Shown in pieces: positions 18,401 through 28,463 of a stretch of 64,000 nt of DNA; positions within the stretch are counted from its first letter, which is position 1, and every line of letters begins with the position of its first letter. The stretch is from Candidatus Omnitrophota bacterium (GTDB lineage: Bacteria; Omnitrophota; Gorgyraeia; Zapsychrales; Aceulaceae). The stretch is from NCBI GenBank assembly GCA_029564765.1, contig JAKQPK010000013.1, forward strand, positions 28,216-92,215, read 5' to 3'. Position numbers and translations under genes: made by a program. The notes beneath the pieces are model-generated. The model made no database searches. It was given only the letters and a program-made list of their open reading frames with translations, and was not told where the DNA came from.

Positions 18401-19985
18401 AACACCAGGTGTTACGTTGATCTCGCCTCCGCCACATCACGATATTTATTCGATCGAAGATATCAAACAGCTTATCTTTGATCTGCGCAATGTTAATCCA
18501 GCAGCGCGAGTGTCTGTCAAGCTCGTTTCAGAAGTCGGCGTTGGCACGATCGCCGCTGGCGTGGCCAAAGCCCATGCCGATATGGTTTTGATCAGCGGAT
18601 ATGACGGAGGGACAGGCGCTGCCCCATTATCGTCGATCAAGCATGCTGGCGCCCCCTGGGAGCTAGGCCTGGCAGAAACCCAGCAAACCCTAGTTCTTAA
18701 TAATTTGCGTCGCTACATCCGCGTGCAGACAGACGGCCAACTAAAAACAGGACGGGATGTTGTGATCGCTGCTTTGCTTGGCGCTGAAGAATTTGGATTT
18801 GGGACAGCTCCGCTGGTTGTTTGCGGATGCGTTATGATGCGTAAATGCCATTTGAACACTTGTCCAGTTGGCGTTGCTACTCAAGACGCCCAGCTACGCA
18901 AACGTTTTACTGGCAAGCCAGAACACGTTGTTAACTTTTTTTATATGATCGCTCAAGAGATCAGAGAATATATGTCGCAATTAGGCTTTCGAACGTTGGA
19001 TGATATGATAGGGCGCAGTGATCTGCTAGAAATGAATGATGCGATCGATTTCTGGAAAGCCAAGGGCCTTGATTTTTCAAAAATATTTTTTCAGCCTGAA
19101 GTCGACGACAGTGTTGCGCGCCGCTATGTACAAGCTCAGCCGCACGCGATCGATAGCGTCCTTGACCTAAAGCTGATCACCTTGTCCAAGGAAGCTTTAG
19201 AAAAAGGAAAGCCAGTCAAGATCCAGATGCCGATTGGCAACACGGATCTAACTGTTGGAGGCATGCTTTCTGGAGAGATCGCGCGGCTTTACGGGGCTCA
19301 AGGATTACCTGATGATACGATCGTTTGTGAATTTCAAGGCGCTGCGGGTCAAAGCTTTGGGGCTTTTTGCATGAAAGGTCTTTCTTTGATCTTAAACGGA
19401 GAAGGTAACGACTATATCGGAAAAGGGCTTTGCGGAGGGAAGATCATTGTTAAGCCCGCGAAGAATGCCTTGTTTGATCCTTCGCAGAATATTCTTTGTG
19501 GCAATGTTTTACTCTATGGCGCTACATCCGGAGAAGTTTATATTTACGGACGCGCTGGGGAACGCTTCGCGATCCGCAATAGCGGAGCGAACGTGGTTGT
19601 CGAGGGTATCGGCGATCACGGGTGTGAATATATGACGGGAGGACGTGTCGTGATCTTGGGCGAGACCGGGGTCAATTTCGCTGCTGGAATGAGCGGCGGG
19701 ATCGCCTATGTTTATGACCCTGAAAACCGTCTTGATGGTCGCTGCAACCTTGACATGGTGGACCTAGAAGCTGTTCAGGATGCTGAAGATCAGAATGAAC
19801 TGAAGGCAATGATCGAAAAGCATTTTTATCATACAGCTAGCCGCAAGGCTAAAAAAATCCTAGACTCTTGGGAAACAGAATTACCGTTTTTCGTGAAAGT
19901 TTTCCCGATGGAGTATCGCCGCGTTCTGGGCCGCATGATGAAAGAAGATGAAGCTGCTAAGCGCCAAGAAGTTGTCCAGAAATAA
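15441..19985 (+). CDS. gltB: Glutamate synthase (GOGAT) large subunit
   Basis: Ntn amidotransferase N-terminus HDSCGVGFVV, central FMN/Fe-S domain, C-terminal GXGXG domain. 1514 aa. Confidence 0.95.
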   Translation: MKNKNIPYRQGLYDPAHEHDSCGVGFVVNINAERSHLIVERGIEVLRKLLHRGATADDHKTGDGAGILLQIPDAFLRTQCQALKINLPAAGQFGVGMIFMPQQEPERKHCQRIVEETTIEEGLDFLGWRVVPVCDSTLGKKAKEEQPFVMQCFIAKQGLERISGALERKLYVLRRQIELKVEAALALQDRFYIPSFSSQTIVYKGLLMGTQLTEFYLDLNAPSFVSALAVIHQRYSTNTFPSWKLAQPFRYLAHNGEINTLRGNLNQMKAREKFLKSDLFKEELKKILPVIDPHGSDSACLDNALELLTSCGRDLPHAMMMLIPQAWGLKYPIGPDLRGFFEYHAGLMEPWDGPAAVAFSNGLSVGALLDRNGLRPARYTITRDNFMVLASETGVLNFAEENVIEKGALRPGEMILVDLDKKRVVKNTEIKTFYTRRQPYRRWVQENKIALHGLFNDVAPVPVDTKKLLFSQKLFGYTREDIEMVLTPMAVTGHEPVGSMGADTPLAVLSDKPQLLYWYFKQLFAQITNPAIDPIREELVMSLMTFMGNPGNILSEIPQNSRLIKLAHPIFSNEDLERIQSLNLEEFWTTTLQMGFSSHGCGSNLEEALGQICRAAEASVANGCSIIILSDRNLSSDLIPIPALLAVSAVNQHLIAKGMKAGVDLIVETAEAREVHHIALLLGFGAAAVNPYFAFEIIADMVARKLLPADVPVTKAIENYIEALCKGLLKVMSKMGISTLRSYRGSQIFEAVGLSCDVVERYFTGTASRVEGVGLEEIAAEAKARYGAAHEEMTQDSALLPAGGQYRYRQNEERHLWTPESISKLQMATRDKDYRLYKEYAALINDQTKRQSTLRGLFRFKKTDPIPLEDVEPAETIVKRFVTSAMSFGSISREAHETLAIAMNRLKAMSNSGEGGEDPDRYHPLPNGDSRCSAIKQVASGRFGVTAEYLVHSREVQIKIAQGAKPGEGGQLPGHKVNSEIARVRHSTPGVTLISPPPHHDIYSIEDIKQLIFDLRNVNPAARVSVKLVSEVGVGTIAAGVAKAHADMVLISGYDGGTGAAPLSSIKHAGAPWELGLAETQQTLVLNNLRRYIRVQTDGQLKTGRDVVIAALLGAEEFGFGTAPLVVCGCVMMRKCHLNTCPVGVATQDAQLRKRFTGKPEHVVNFFYMIAQEIREYMSQLGFRTLDDMIGRSDLLEMNDAIDFWKAKGLDFSKIFFQPEVDDSVARRYVQAQPHAIDSVLDLKLITLSKEALEKGKPVKIQMPIGNTDLTVGGMLSGEIARLYGAQGLPDDTIVCEFQGAAGQSFGAFCMKGLSLILNGEGNDYIGKGLCGGKIIVKPAKNALFDPSQNILCGNVLLYGATSGEVYIYGRAGERFAIRNSGANVVVEGIGDHGCEYMTGGRVVILGETGVNFAAGMSGGIAYVYDPENRLDGRCNLDMVDLEAVQDAEDQNELKAMIEKHFYHTASRKAKKILDSWETELPFFVKVFPMEYRRVLGRMMKEDEAAKRQEVVQK

Positions 19986-20002
19986 CAGGAGAAGATGTTT
20001 GT

Positions 20003-21445
20003 ATGGGTGATCAAAAAGGATTCTTAACATATCAAAGAGAAGAATTGATCAAAGAGCCTGTTTCTGTGCGTAAGCAGCATTGGAAGGAATTTATTCGGCT
20101 TCCTAGTGAACCTTCTTTACGCCAGCAGGGTGCTCGGTGCATGGATTGCGGGGTGCCGTTCTGTCATTGGGGTTGTCCTATTGCTAACCTGATGCCGGAA
20201 TGGAACGATCTGGTCTATAAAGGCCGCTGGCAGGAAGCTTTTGAGCGATTAACATTGACGAATAATTTTCCAGAGTTTACGGGACGACTTTGTCCTGCGC
20301 CATGCGAGAATTCGTGCGTCCTAGCAATTAATCAACCCGCTGTTTCTATTCGTAACCTTGAGCTTGCGATCATTGAGAGAGCTTATGATCAGGGTTGGGT
20401 TCAGCCGCGTGCTCCTAAGGTCAGGACAGGCAAAAGAGTCGCGGTTATAGGTTCTGGGCCATCTGGATTAGCTTGCGCGGATCAGCTCAATAAGTTCGGC
20501 CATTATGTGGAGGTCTTTGAAAAGAATGAAGCAATTGGCGGGCTTTTGGTTCTGGGGATCCCGGATTTTAAGCTTGAAAAAGGGGTTATTGAGCGGCGCG
20601 TGGCATTGATGCAGAAGGAAGGAATTGTCTTTCATAAGAAAATACATGTTGGAGAGGGTCTTAAGCTCAGCGATCTTCAAAAGAAATATGACGCGATCGT
20701 GCTTTGCACGGGAGCGGAGCAGACAAGAGGGCTGAATGTGCCGGGCGCTGATCTAAAAGGTGTCTATCAGGCTATGGAGTATTTGACACAACAAAACCGA
20801 GTTAACGCTGGTCAGCGTATTGACCAGAAGGTCCGTATCACGGCTCAAGGAAAAAGGGTGGTCGTTCTGGGTGGAGGAGATACAGGCTCTGATTGTGTCG
20901 GAACAGCGAATCGTCAGGGCGCGCGGTCCGTTAAGCAGTTTGAAATCCTCCCTCGCCCGCCCGAGGCTCGAGCTGAAGATAATCCTTGGCCGCAGTGGGC
21001 CAGCATCTATCGCAAATCAAGTTCTCAAGAAGAGGGTGTTGAGCAAGATTATTGCGTGATGACGAAGGCATTGAGCGGGCAGCAAGGGCAACTTCAGAAA
21101 CTTCATGCCGTGCGCTTATCTTATGGAGAAAAAGACCTTGCAACAGGACGCCGTTCAATGCAGGAGATCCCTGGGTCCGATTTTGAGGTTCCTTGTGATC
21201 TGCTGATCCTTGCCTTAGGTTTTTTAGGGCCTGTAAAAAAAGGTTTGCTGGAGGAGTTTTCTTTTGCGACAAATGAGCGTGGGAATGTTAAGACCTATGA
21301 ATTTTATATGACAAGTGTCTCTGGTATTTTCTCGGCAGGTGACATGCGTCGAGGGCAGTCGCTGATCGTGTGGGCTATTGAAGAGGGCCGAAAAGTTGCC
21401 GCAGGCGTTCATCAATGGTTATTTCAAAAGAAGCAACAATTTTAA
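20003..21445 (+). CDS. gltD: Glutamate synthase small subunit (NADPH-dependent, GltD)
   Basis: N-terminal Fe-S cysteine clusters (CMDCGVPFCHWGCP, CPAPCENSC) and FAD/NAD(P) Rossmann motifs VAVIGSGPSGLACA and VVVLGGGDTGSDC. Confidence 0.9.
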   Translation: MGDQKGFLTYQREELIKEPVSVRKQHWKEFIRLPSEPSLRQQGARCMDCGVPFCHWGCPIANLMPEWNDLVYKGRWQEAFERLTLTNNFPEFTGRLCPAPCENSCVLAINQPAVSIRNLELAIIERAYDQGWVQPRAPKVRTGKRVAVIGSGPSGLACADQLNKFGHYVEVFEKNEAIGGLLVLGIPDFKLEKGVIERRVALMQKEGIVFHKKIHVGEGLKLSDLQKKYDAIVLCTGAEQTRGLNVPGADLKGVYQAMEYLTQQNRVNAGQRIDQKVRITAQGKRVVVLGGGDTGSDCVGTANRQGARSVKQFEILPRPPEARAEDNPWPQWASIYRKSSSQEEGVEQDYCVMTKALSGQQGQLQKLHAVRLSYGEKDLATGRRSMQEIPGSDFEVPCDLLILALGFLGPVKKGLLEEFSFATNERGNVKTYEFYMTSVSGIFSAGDMRRGQSLIVWAIEEGRKVAAGVHQWLFQKKQQF

Positions 21446-21463
21446 AGAAGGGACTTAGTAGGC

Positions 21464-24124
21464 ATGAAACAAGATCATCTCGCGGCTAACACCGGACTTC
21501 CTGGCTTAGACGAGATCCTGCAAGGCGTACGCTTGGGGGATAATGTTGTTTTTCAGGTCGATAGCATTGATGATTATGCGTGTTTCGCGCATCCGTTCTG
21601 CCAAGGTGCCGTTAAAACCAAGAAAGACCTTATTTATTTTCGTTTCGCGCAGCATGCTTCTCTTCTCCCTCCCGGGGTTAGCGCGCATGTTTATGAGCTA
21701 AATCCAGAGGCGGGATTTGAGAGCTTCCTTTCTGAGATCTTTGCCGTGATCGAGAAATTCGGCAAAGGCGCTTTTTATGTTTTTGACTGTTTATCAGACC
21801 TGACCGCTGATTGGTATAGCGATCGTATGTTGGGAAATTTTTTCATGTTGACCTGTCCTTATCTGTACGATTTTGATACGGTCGCGTATTTTGCGTTGTT
21901 GCGCAACAATCACACACCACTAGCGACCGACGCGATCCATCGCACGGCTCAAGTTGTTCTAGATATTTATCAGGATAATGAGAGTTGCTATGTTCACCCG
22001 CTGAAGGTCCAAGGGCGATATTCTTCGATGATGTATATGTTGCACCGTTGGGAAGGCGATCAATTTCCAGCCGTTGTCCGTAGCTCTGAGACCGCCGAGA
22101 TCCTTTCAAAGGTAAGTCAGCCATGGTTGGATTTTACCATGCAGCGCCACGATGCTTGGGCGCGGAATTTTTTGCAAGCTCAGGAGGTCGTTAGCGCTAC
22201 ACGTTTCGACCGACAGGCCGCATGGAAAAACAGCAAACTGTTCCGTCATTTATTGCGCATGGCTGTGACCCGAGAGGAGCGTTTTCTTGAGCTGGCTGCT
22301 AAATATTTTGATTTTTCTGACGTGGTTGAAATAGGTAAGCGCATGATCGGGACTGGGCTGATCGGAGGAAAGTCCGTAGGTTTGCTGTTATCGCGCGCGA
22401 TATTAAAAAAAGAAGATCCGCGGCTTTCTGCTAAGCTTGAGCCTCATGATTCATTTTTTATCGGATCAGATGTTTTTTATACTTATTTGATCGAAAATCA
22501 ATGTTGGTGGATGCGGCGCGATCTTAGCGCCTCTGCCCCGAACTTCGCGGGCGCCCAAGAGCTTCAAGCGCGTATGCGCGCAGGATCTTTTCCTGCAGAT
22601 ATTAAAAATCAATTTATTGAGATGTTAGAATATTTTGGGCAGTCGCCGATCATTGTGCGTTCATCAAGCCTTCTGGAGGACGCGTATGGTAACGCTTTTT
22701 CTGGTAAATATGAAAGTGTTTTTTGTGTCAACCAGGGGACCCCGGAAGAACGTTTAGAAAGCTTTATGAACGCGGTCCGTACCGTGTACAGCAGCGCGGT
22801 CAGCAAGGACGCTTTGAGTTATCGCGCGCACTGGGGATTGCTTGATCAAGATGAGCAGATGGGGTTGCTGGTCCAACGCGTTTCAGGGTCTTTTTATGAG
22901 GGCCAATATTTCCCGCAGATCGCCGGTGTTGGCTTTTCTTTTAACCCTTATGTCTGGAGCAGCGACATTGATCCGGCGGCAGGATTTTTGCGCCTTGTTT
23001 TTGGTTTAGGAACTCGGGCTGTTGAGCGCGTGGATGATGATTATACCCGCATCATCGCCTTGAATGCTCCTACGCGCAGGCCGGAAGGAAGTCAGGAAGA
23101 TGTGCGCAAGCACACACAGCATAAGATCGATATTTTGGACCTTAAACAAAATCAGCCTGTGTCTCGCTCTTTTGAAGATGTCGTACGCCAGATCCCGCAA
23201 TTTCCATTGTCTATTTTTGCTTCTCAGGATGAAAGTATTGAGCGCTACGCGCGCGAACGCAATAAAGCAGATGTTTTTTCTTGGGTCTTGACCTTCGACG
23301 AGCTATTGTCGCGAACATCTTTCGTGAGCGATATGCGCGCGATGATGAGCATCCTACAGAAAGCTTATGATTATCCAGTCGATATTGAATTTACAATGAA
23401 TTTCTCGGACAACGAAAAATATAGGATCAATTTACTGCAGTGCCGTCCTTTTCAAGTGAAAGGGAATATTTTAAGCATTGAAGCGCCGCAGGATCTGGCC
23501 AAGGAGAAGGTGTTGCTGGAAACTAAAGGGCCTGTGATCGGCAGCAGTCTTGCGACGACCATCGATCGCATTATTTATATTGTCCCTGAACATTATGCCA
23601 AACTTAGCATGGCGGATCGCTATGCGGTTGCGCGGTTGATAGGCCGATTGACCCATCTACCTGAACAAGGCAGGAAGTTAACGATCATGCTGATCGGACC
23701 TGGCCGCTGGGCAACAAGCTCTCCGGAAATGGGCGTTCCAGTCTCCTTCGCTGAGATCAACACGGTTTCAGTTCTTTGTGAAGTCGTGATGATGCATGAG
23801 CATTTGGTCCCGGAAGTTTCCCTGGGGACGCATTTTTTTAATGATCTCGTTGAGATGGACATGTTATATTTTGCCCTTCATCCTGAGCGTTATGATAATA
23901 TTTTGCGCAGTGAATTCTTTCAGGGATCGCGCAATCAGCTTGAACATTTATTGAAAGACGCGTCTTCTTTGAGTTCCGTTGTTCGCGTGATCGATGCTCA
24001 AGAGATCCCGGGAGAACGTATTTGTTTAAGCGCGGATGTGACAAAACAAAGCGCTATCTGTTATCTGGGGGATGTTCCGCTATCTGTTGACAATGACAAG
24101 CCTGCGGCAAGCATGAGGAAATGA
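21464..24124 (+). CDS. KaiC/RecA-like (no P-loop) N-terminal domain fused to a PEP/pyruvate-binding (PPDK_N ATP-grasp) domain; unknown function
   Basis: N-terminus TGLPGLDEILQGVRLGDNVVFQVDS resembles the KaiC/Rad55 fold but lacks Walker A. Central IGTGLIGGKSVGLLLSRAI resembles the GGK motif of PEP synthase/PPDK nucleotide-binding domains. No His swivel domain is visible. Confidence 0.5.
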   Translation: MKQDHLAANTGLPGLDEILQGVRLGDNVVFQVDSIDDYACFAHPFCQGAVKTKKDLIYFRFAQHASLLPPGVSAHVYELNPEAGFESFLSEIFAVIEKFGKGAFYVFDCLSDLTADWYSDRMLGNFFMLTCPYLYDFDTVAYFALLRNNHTPLATDAIHRTAQVVLDIYQDNESCYVHPLKVQGRYSSMMYMLHRWEGDQFPAVVRSSETAEILSKVSQPWLDFTMQRHDAWARNFLQAQEVVSATRFDRQAAWKNSKLFRHLLRMAVTREERFLELAAKYFDFSDVVEIGKRMIGTGLIGGKSVGLLLSRAILKKEDPRLSAKLEPHDSFFIGSDVFYTYLIENQCWWMRRDLSASAPNFAGAQELQARMRAGSFPADIKNQFIEMLEYFGQSPIIVRSSSLLEDAYGNAFSGKYESVFCVNQGTPEERLESFMNAVRTVYSSAVSKDALSYRAHWGLLDQDEQMGLLVQRVSGSFYEGQYFPQIAGVGFSFNPYVWSSDIDPAAGFLRLVFGLGTRAVERVDDDYTRIIALNAPTRRPEGSQEDVRKHTQHKIDILDLKQNQPVSRSFEDVVRQIPQFPLSIFASQDESIERYARERNKADVFSWVLTFDELLSRTSFVSDMRAMMSILQKAYDYPVDIEFTMNFSDNEKYRINLLQCRPFQVKGNILSIEAPQDLAKEKVLLETKGPVIGSSLATTIDRIIYIVPEHYAKLSMADRYAVARLIGRLTHLPEQGRKLTIMLIGPGRWATSSPEMGVPVSFAEINTVSVLCEVVMMHEHLVPEVSLGTHFFNDLVEMDMLYFALHPERYDNILRSEFFQGSRNQLEHLLKDASSLSSVVRVIDAQEIPGERICLSADVTKQSAICYLGDVPLSVDNDKPAASMRK

Positions 24125-24136
24125 CAAGGCGTTGAT

Positions 24137-25237
24137 ATGGGAAAAGCAATACTCTATTTAGAAGATGGGACGTTTTTTCAAGGACGATCCCCGTTCACGT
24201 TCCACGAAACATCCGGCGAGATCGTTTTTAATACCTCAATGACTGGATATCAGGAGGTCTTGACGGATCCTTCCTACGCGGGCCAGATCGTTGTGATGAC
24301 CTATCCTTTGATCGGTAACTATGGCGTGAATGCCGATGATGTGGAATCCTCTAAGATCCATGTCGCTGGGTTTGTTGTCAAAGAATTCGCTAAAACATAT
24401 TCTAATTTTCGCGCTACAAAAAGTCTTTTGGCCTATCTTGAAGAAAACCGGATCCTCGCCATGGAAGGTGTTGATACGCGCGCTTTGACCCGACACTTGC
24501 GTATCCGCGGAGCGATGCGAGGCATTATTTCAACCCAAGATTTCGACGTTAGGTTCCTTGCTGAAAAGATGAAAAAAGTCCCCAGCATGGAGGGAAGTGA
24601 TCTGGTCAGGGATGTTAGCGTGCAACAAAAATATGTTTGGGAAGGAAGTCAGGGCGGAAGTTTAAAAGTGGCGGTTATTGATTGCGGGGTCAAGTATAAC
24701 ATCTTACGTATTCTCGCGGGATTAGATTGCCAGGTGCATGTTTTTCCAGCTAAGGCAACCGCGCAAGAGATCGAGGCGATCAAGCCTGACGGACTTTTTA
24801 TTTCTAATGGTCCAGGTGATCCTGCCGTCTTGGATTATGTCGTGAACACTGTGAAGTATTTTATTGGTCGGCTTCCGATCTTTGGCATCTGCTTAGGCCA
24901 TCAGATCTTGGGGATCGCGCTAGGAGGCAGAACGTATAAGCTTAAATTTGGCCATCGAGGCGCGAATCAGCCGGTCAACGATTCTCAAGAAAAAAAGATC
25001 GCTATTACTTCACAAAATCATGGATTCTGTGTCGATATAAATAGCTTGCCTAAAGAAGATGTTGAGATCACGCATATGAATCTGAACGATAAGACCGTTG
25101 AAGGCTTGTGTCATAAAAAATATCCTTTGTTTTGTGTGCAATATCACCCCGAAGCGTCTCCCGGGCCACATGACGCCACATACTTGTTCAAGAAGTTCGT
25201 TGTGATGATGAAAGAGCACCATGCCCCGACGAAATGA
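24137..25237 (+). CDS. carA: Carbamoyl-phosphate synthase small (glutamine amidotransferase) subunit
   Basis: CarA N-domain followed by GATase1 with GICLGHQ and the catalytic His-Pro-Glu region. Confidence 0.95.
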   Translation: MGKAILYLEDGTFFQGRSPFTFHETSGEIVFNTSMTGYQEVLTDPSYAGQIVVMTYPLIGNYGVNADDVESSKIHVAGFVVKEFAKTYSNFRATKSLLAYLEENRILAMEGVDTRALTRHLRIRGAMRGIISTQDFDVRFLAEKMKKVPSMEGSDLVRDVSVQQKYVWEGSQGGSLKVAVIDCGVKYNILRILAGLDCQVHVFPAKATAQEIEAIKPDGLFISNGPGDPAVLDYVVNTVKYFIGRLPIFGICLGHQILGIALGGRTYKLKFGHRGANQPVNDSQEKKIAITSQNHGFCVDINSLPKEDVEITHMNLNDKTVEGLCHKKYPLFCVQYHPEASPGPHDATYLFKKFVVMMKEHHAPTK

Positions 25238-28200
25238 CATTAAGAAGATTTTGATCATCGGCTCCGGTCCGATCGTGATCGGTCAGGCCTGCGAATTCGA
25301 CTATTCCGGTACTCAGGCGTGTAAGGCGCTCAAGGAAGAGGGGTATCAGGTTGTGTTGGTCAATTCCAACCCCGCGACCATTATGACGGATCCTGAGATC
25401 TGTGACGCCACATATATTGAGCCGTTAAATACGGAATTCCTGGATAAGATCCTTGCTAAAGAGCGACCAGATGCTGTTTTGCCTACCTTGGGAGGGCAGA
25501 CGGGGTTGAACTTAGCGATGAAGCTCTACGAGCAAGGCATTTTGAAAAAATACAATGTTGAGTTGATCGGCGCTGGTTATGAAGTGATCAAGAAGGCGGA
25601 AGATCGTGAATGTTTTAAGAACGCTGTTTTAAAAGTGGGACTTGACGTTCCTCGTAGCGCTTTCGCGCATAATATGGCCGAGGCAAAAGAGGTCGCCAAC
25701 AAAATTGGTTTTCCCTTGATCATTCGCTCAAGCTACACACTTGGAGGAACAGGAGGGGCTATTGTTCATCAAGCTCAAGATTTTGAGCGTGCGGCTTTTT
25801 TGGGATTAGAGAGCAGCATGGTTAAAGAGATCTTGATCGAAGAATCTATTGCTGGATGGAAAGAATATGAGCTGGAGGTCATGCGTGATTGTAAGGATAA
25901 TGTTGTGATCATCTGTTCGATCGAAAATCTTGATCCTATGGGCGTTCATACTGGTGATAGTATCACGGTCGCGCCTGCGCAAACATTGACCGATAAAGAA
26001 TATCAGCTTATGCGCGATCAAACGCTTGCGCTGATCCGAGAGATTGGCGTCGAAACAGGCGGCTGTAATGTTCAGTTCGCCGTGAACCCTTACGATGGAC
26101 GCATGGTCGTTATTGAAGTGAATCCCCGCGTTTCTCGCAGCTCTGCCTTGGCATCGAAGGCAACAGGATTTCCTATCGCAAAATTTGCCGCTAAGCTGGC
26201 GGTTGGATATTCGCTGGATGAGATCCAGAACGATATTACCAGAGAAACTCCCGCATCTTTTGAGCCGACCATTGATTATTGCGTGACAAAGATCCCACGT
26301 TTTACATTTGAAAAGTTCCCGGAAGCCGGAGATTTGTTAGGCGTATCCATGAAATCCGTCGGAGAGACAATGGCGATCGGCCGAACGTTCAAAGAATCCC
26401 TGCAAAAAGGACTGCGGGGTCTTGAGATCGGCCATTGTGGGATTGATAATAAGCTTGACTACCGCGCTATTTCTGATGAAAAGATCGAGCAGCGCCTTAA
26501 GGATCCTAACGCTTCCCGCATTTTTTATGTTAAATACGCGCTGCAAAAAGGTTTTAGTCCAGAGCGCATCCATGACATCAGCAAGATCGATCCCTGGTTT
26601 ATTGCGAACATTCAGGAGCTTGTTGTTTTTGAAAGAACATTAGCTGAGGACTTTTCGACACATAAAACATTACGCGCGGATATTCTCAAAGAAGCGAAGC
26701 AGCTAGGCTTTAGTGATCTGCAAATAGCGCAATTGATCCAGTCCGATGAAATGTCTGTGCGAAAGTTGCGCCAAGAGCTCGGCATTCTCCCTGTCTTCAA
26801 GTTGGTCGACACTTGTGCCGCGGAATTTGAAGCTTATACGCCATATTATTATTCAACTTATGAAGACGAAAATGAGGCTGGAGGAAAAGCTGAGTGCGCT
26901 GGCAAAAAGAAGATCATGATCTTGGGCGGAGGCCCTAATCGTATCGGCCAGGGGATCGAGTTTGATTATTGCTGCTGTCATGCGTCCTTTGCCTTAAAAG
27001 AAATGGGCTGCGAAACGATCATGGTCAACTCGAATCCTGAAACTGTTTCCACTGACTATGACACTTCAGATCGGTTATATTTTGAGCCTTTGACATTCGA
27101 AGACGTTATGAACATCGTTGAGATCGAGAAGCCAGATGGGATCATCGTTCAGTTTGGCGGTCAGACGCCTTTGAACTTAGCCCGCAAACTCCAGGAAGCA
27201 GGGGCTCCGATCATTGGCACCTCTGTTGCATCCATTGATCTCGCAGAAGACCGAAAGAAGTTCTCTCAGTTTATTGCTAAGCTTGGCCTGGTACAGCCGT
27301 CCAACGGGTCGGCGGTCTCAACGGTTGAGGCTATCGCGATCGCGAATAGGATCGGCTATCCTGTTTTAGCGCGTCCTTCTTATGTGTTAGGTGGTAGGGC
27401 CATGAAGATCGTTTATGATGAAAAAGCGCTGTTGGCATTTATTGAAGAAGCCAAGGAAGTTTCACAGGGTCATCCTGTTCTCATCGACGAGTTCCTGGAA
27501 GATGCTATCGAGGTGGACGTCGATGGTCTTTGCGATGGACAGAAGACCTTCGTAGCTGGAATGATGGAGCATATTGAGAATGCGGGTATCCACTCAGGTG
27601 ATTCCGCTTGTGTTCTTCCTCCTCACACGCTGAGTTCGCGGATCATCGCGAACATCAAGAAGCACACATGTGATATTGCTCAAGGGCTTGGCGTGGTTGG
27701 TCTTTTGAATATTCAATTCGCGGTTAAAGGAGAAACGATCTATGTGCTCGAGGTCAACCCTCGCGCTTCGCGTACTGTACCTTTTGTCAGCAAAGCAACC
27801 GGCGTTCCTTTGGCAAAGATCGCCTCACAGATCATGGCAGGGAAAAAGATCTGCGACTTTCATTTTATAGAACCAGAGACCTTAGAGCATATTTCCGTGA
27901 AAGAATCAGTTTTGCCTTTTTCGCGATTTTCAGGGGTCGATATCGTCCTTGGCCCAGAAATGAAATCAACAGGCGAGGTTATGGGTATCGACATGACATT
28001 TGGCGCGGCCTTTGCCAAGTCTCAGGCGTGCGCCAACCAAGCCTTGCCTCAAAAAGGAAAAGTGTTCTTAAGCGTTAATGACAAGGATAAGCGACAGATC
28101 GCCTTTTTAGCAAAAAAGCTCACAGATATGGGCTTTTCGCTTTTATGTACCAAAGGAACCGCCCGGACTTTAAAGGCCAACGGCGTGAAGGCTGACATTG

Positions 28201-28457
28201 TTGATAAGGTCGATGAGGGAAAAAACAACCTTTTAAACTTGATCAAGGATCATGGCATTCAGCTGGTCATCAATACTCCTTCCGGCCAGAAAAGCCAGCT
28301 GGATATGCGCACTATTCGCGCGGCAGCAAATTTGCGCGGGATCCCTTGCATCACAACGATCCAGGGCGCTTGGGCCGCTGTCAATGGTATTGAAGCAAGC
28401 CGTGAAAAAGAATTCGGTGTGCAGTCTTTACAAGAATATGCAAAAAATAGAAAGTAG
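25221..28457 (+). CDS. carB: Carbamoyl-phosphate synthase large subunit
   Basis: Duplicated ATP-grasp halves ([24 protein letters not shown] and [21 protein letters not shown]) and an MGS-like C-terminus. 1078 aa. Confidence 0.95.
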   Translation: MPRRNDIKKILIIGSGPIVIGQACEFDYSGTQACKALKEEGYQVVLVNSNPATIMTDPEICDATYIEPLNTEFLDKILAKERPDAVLPTLGGQTGLNLAMKLYEQGILKKYNVELIGAGYEVIKKAEDRECFKNAVLKVGLDVPRSAFAHNMAEAKEVANKIGFPLIIRSSYTLGGTGGAIVHQAQDFERAAFLGLESSMVKEILIEESIAGWKEYELEVMRDCKDNVVIICSIENLDPMGVHTGDSITVAPAQTLTDKEYQLMRDQTLALIREIGVETGGCNVQFAVNPYDGRMVVIEVNPRVSRSSALASKATGFPIAKFAAKLAVGYSLDEIQNDITRETPASFEPTIDYCVTKIPRFTFEKFPEAGDLLGVSMKSVGETMAIGRTFKESLQKGLRGLEIGHCGIDNKLDYRAISDEKIEQRLKDPNASRIFYVKYALQKGFSPERIHDISKIDPWFIANIQELVVFERTLAEDFSTHKTLRADILKEAKQLGFSDLQIAQLIQSDEMSVRKLRQELGILPVFKLVDTCAAEFEAYTPYYYSTYEDENEAGGKAECAGKKKIMILGGGPNRIGQGIEFDYCCCHASFALKEMGCETIMVNSNPETVSTDYDTSDRLYFEPLTFEDVMNIVEIEKPDGIIVQFGGQTPLNLARKLQEAGAPIIGTSVASIDLAEDRKKFSQFIAKLGLVQPSNGSAVSTVEAIAIANRIGYPVLARPSYVLGGRAMKIVYDEKALLAFIEEAKEVSQGHPVLIDEFLEDAIEVDVDGLCDGQKTFVAGMMEHIENAGIHSGDSACVLPPHTLSSRIIANIKKHTCDIAQGLGVVGLLNIQFAVKGETIYVLEVNPRASRTVPFVSKATGVPLAKIASQIMAGKKICDFHFIEPETLEHISVKESVLPFSRFSGVDIVLGPEMKSTGEVMGIDMTFGAAFAKSQACANQALPQKGKVFLSVNDKDKRQIAFLAKKLTDMGFSLLCTKGTARTLKANGVKADIVDKVDEGKNNLLNLIKDHGIQLVINTPSGQKSQLDMRTIRAAANLRGIPCITTIQGAWAAVNGIEASREKEFGVQSLQEYAKNRK

Positions 28458-28463
28458 GACAAT

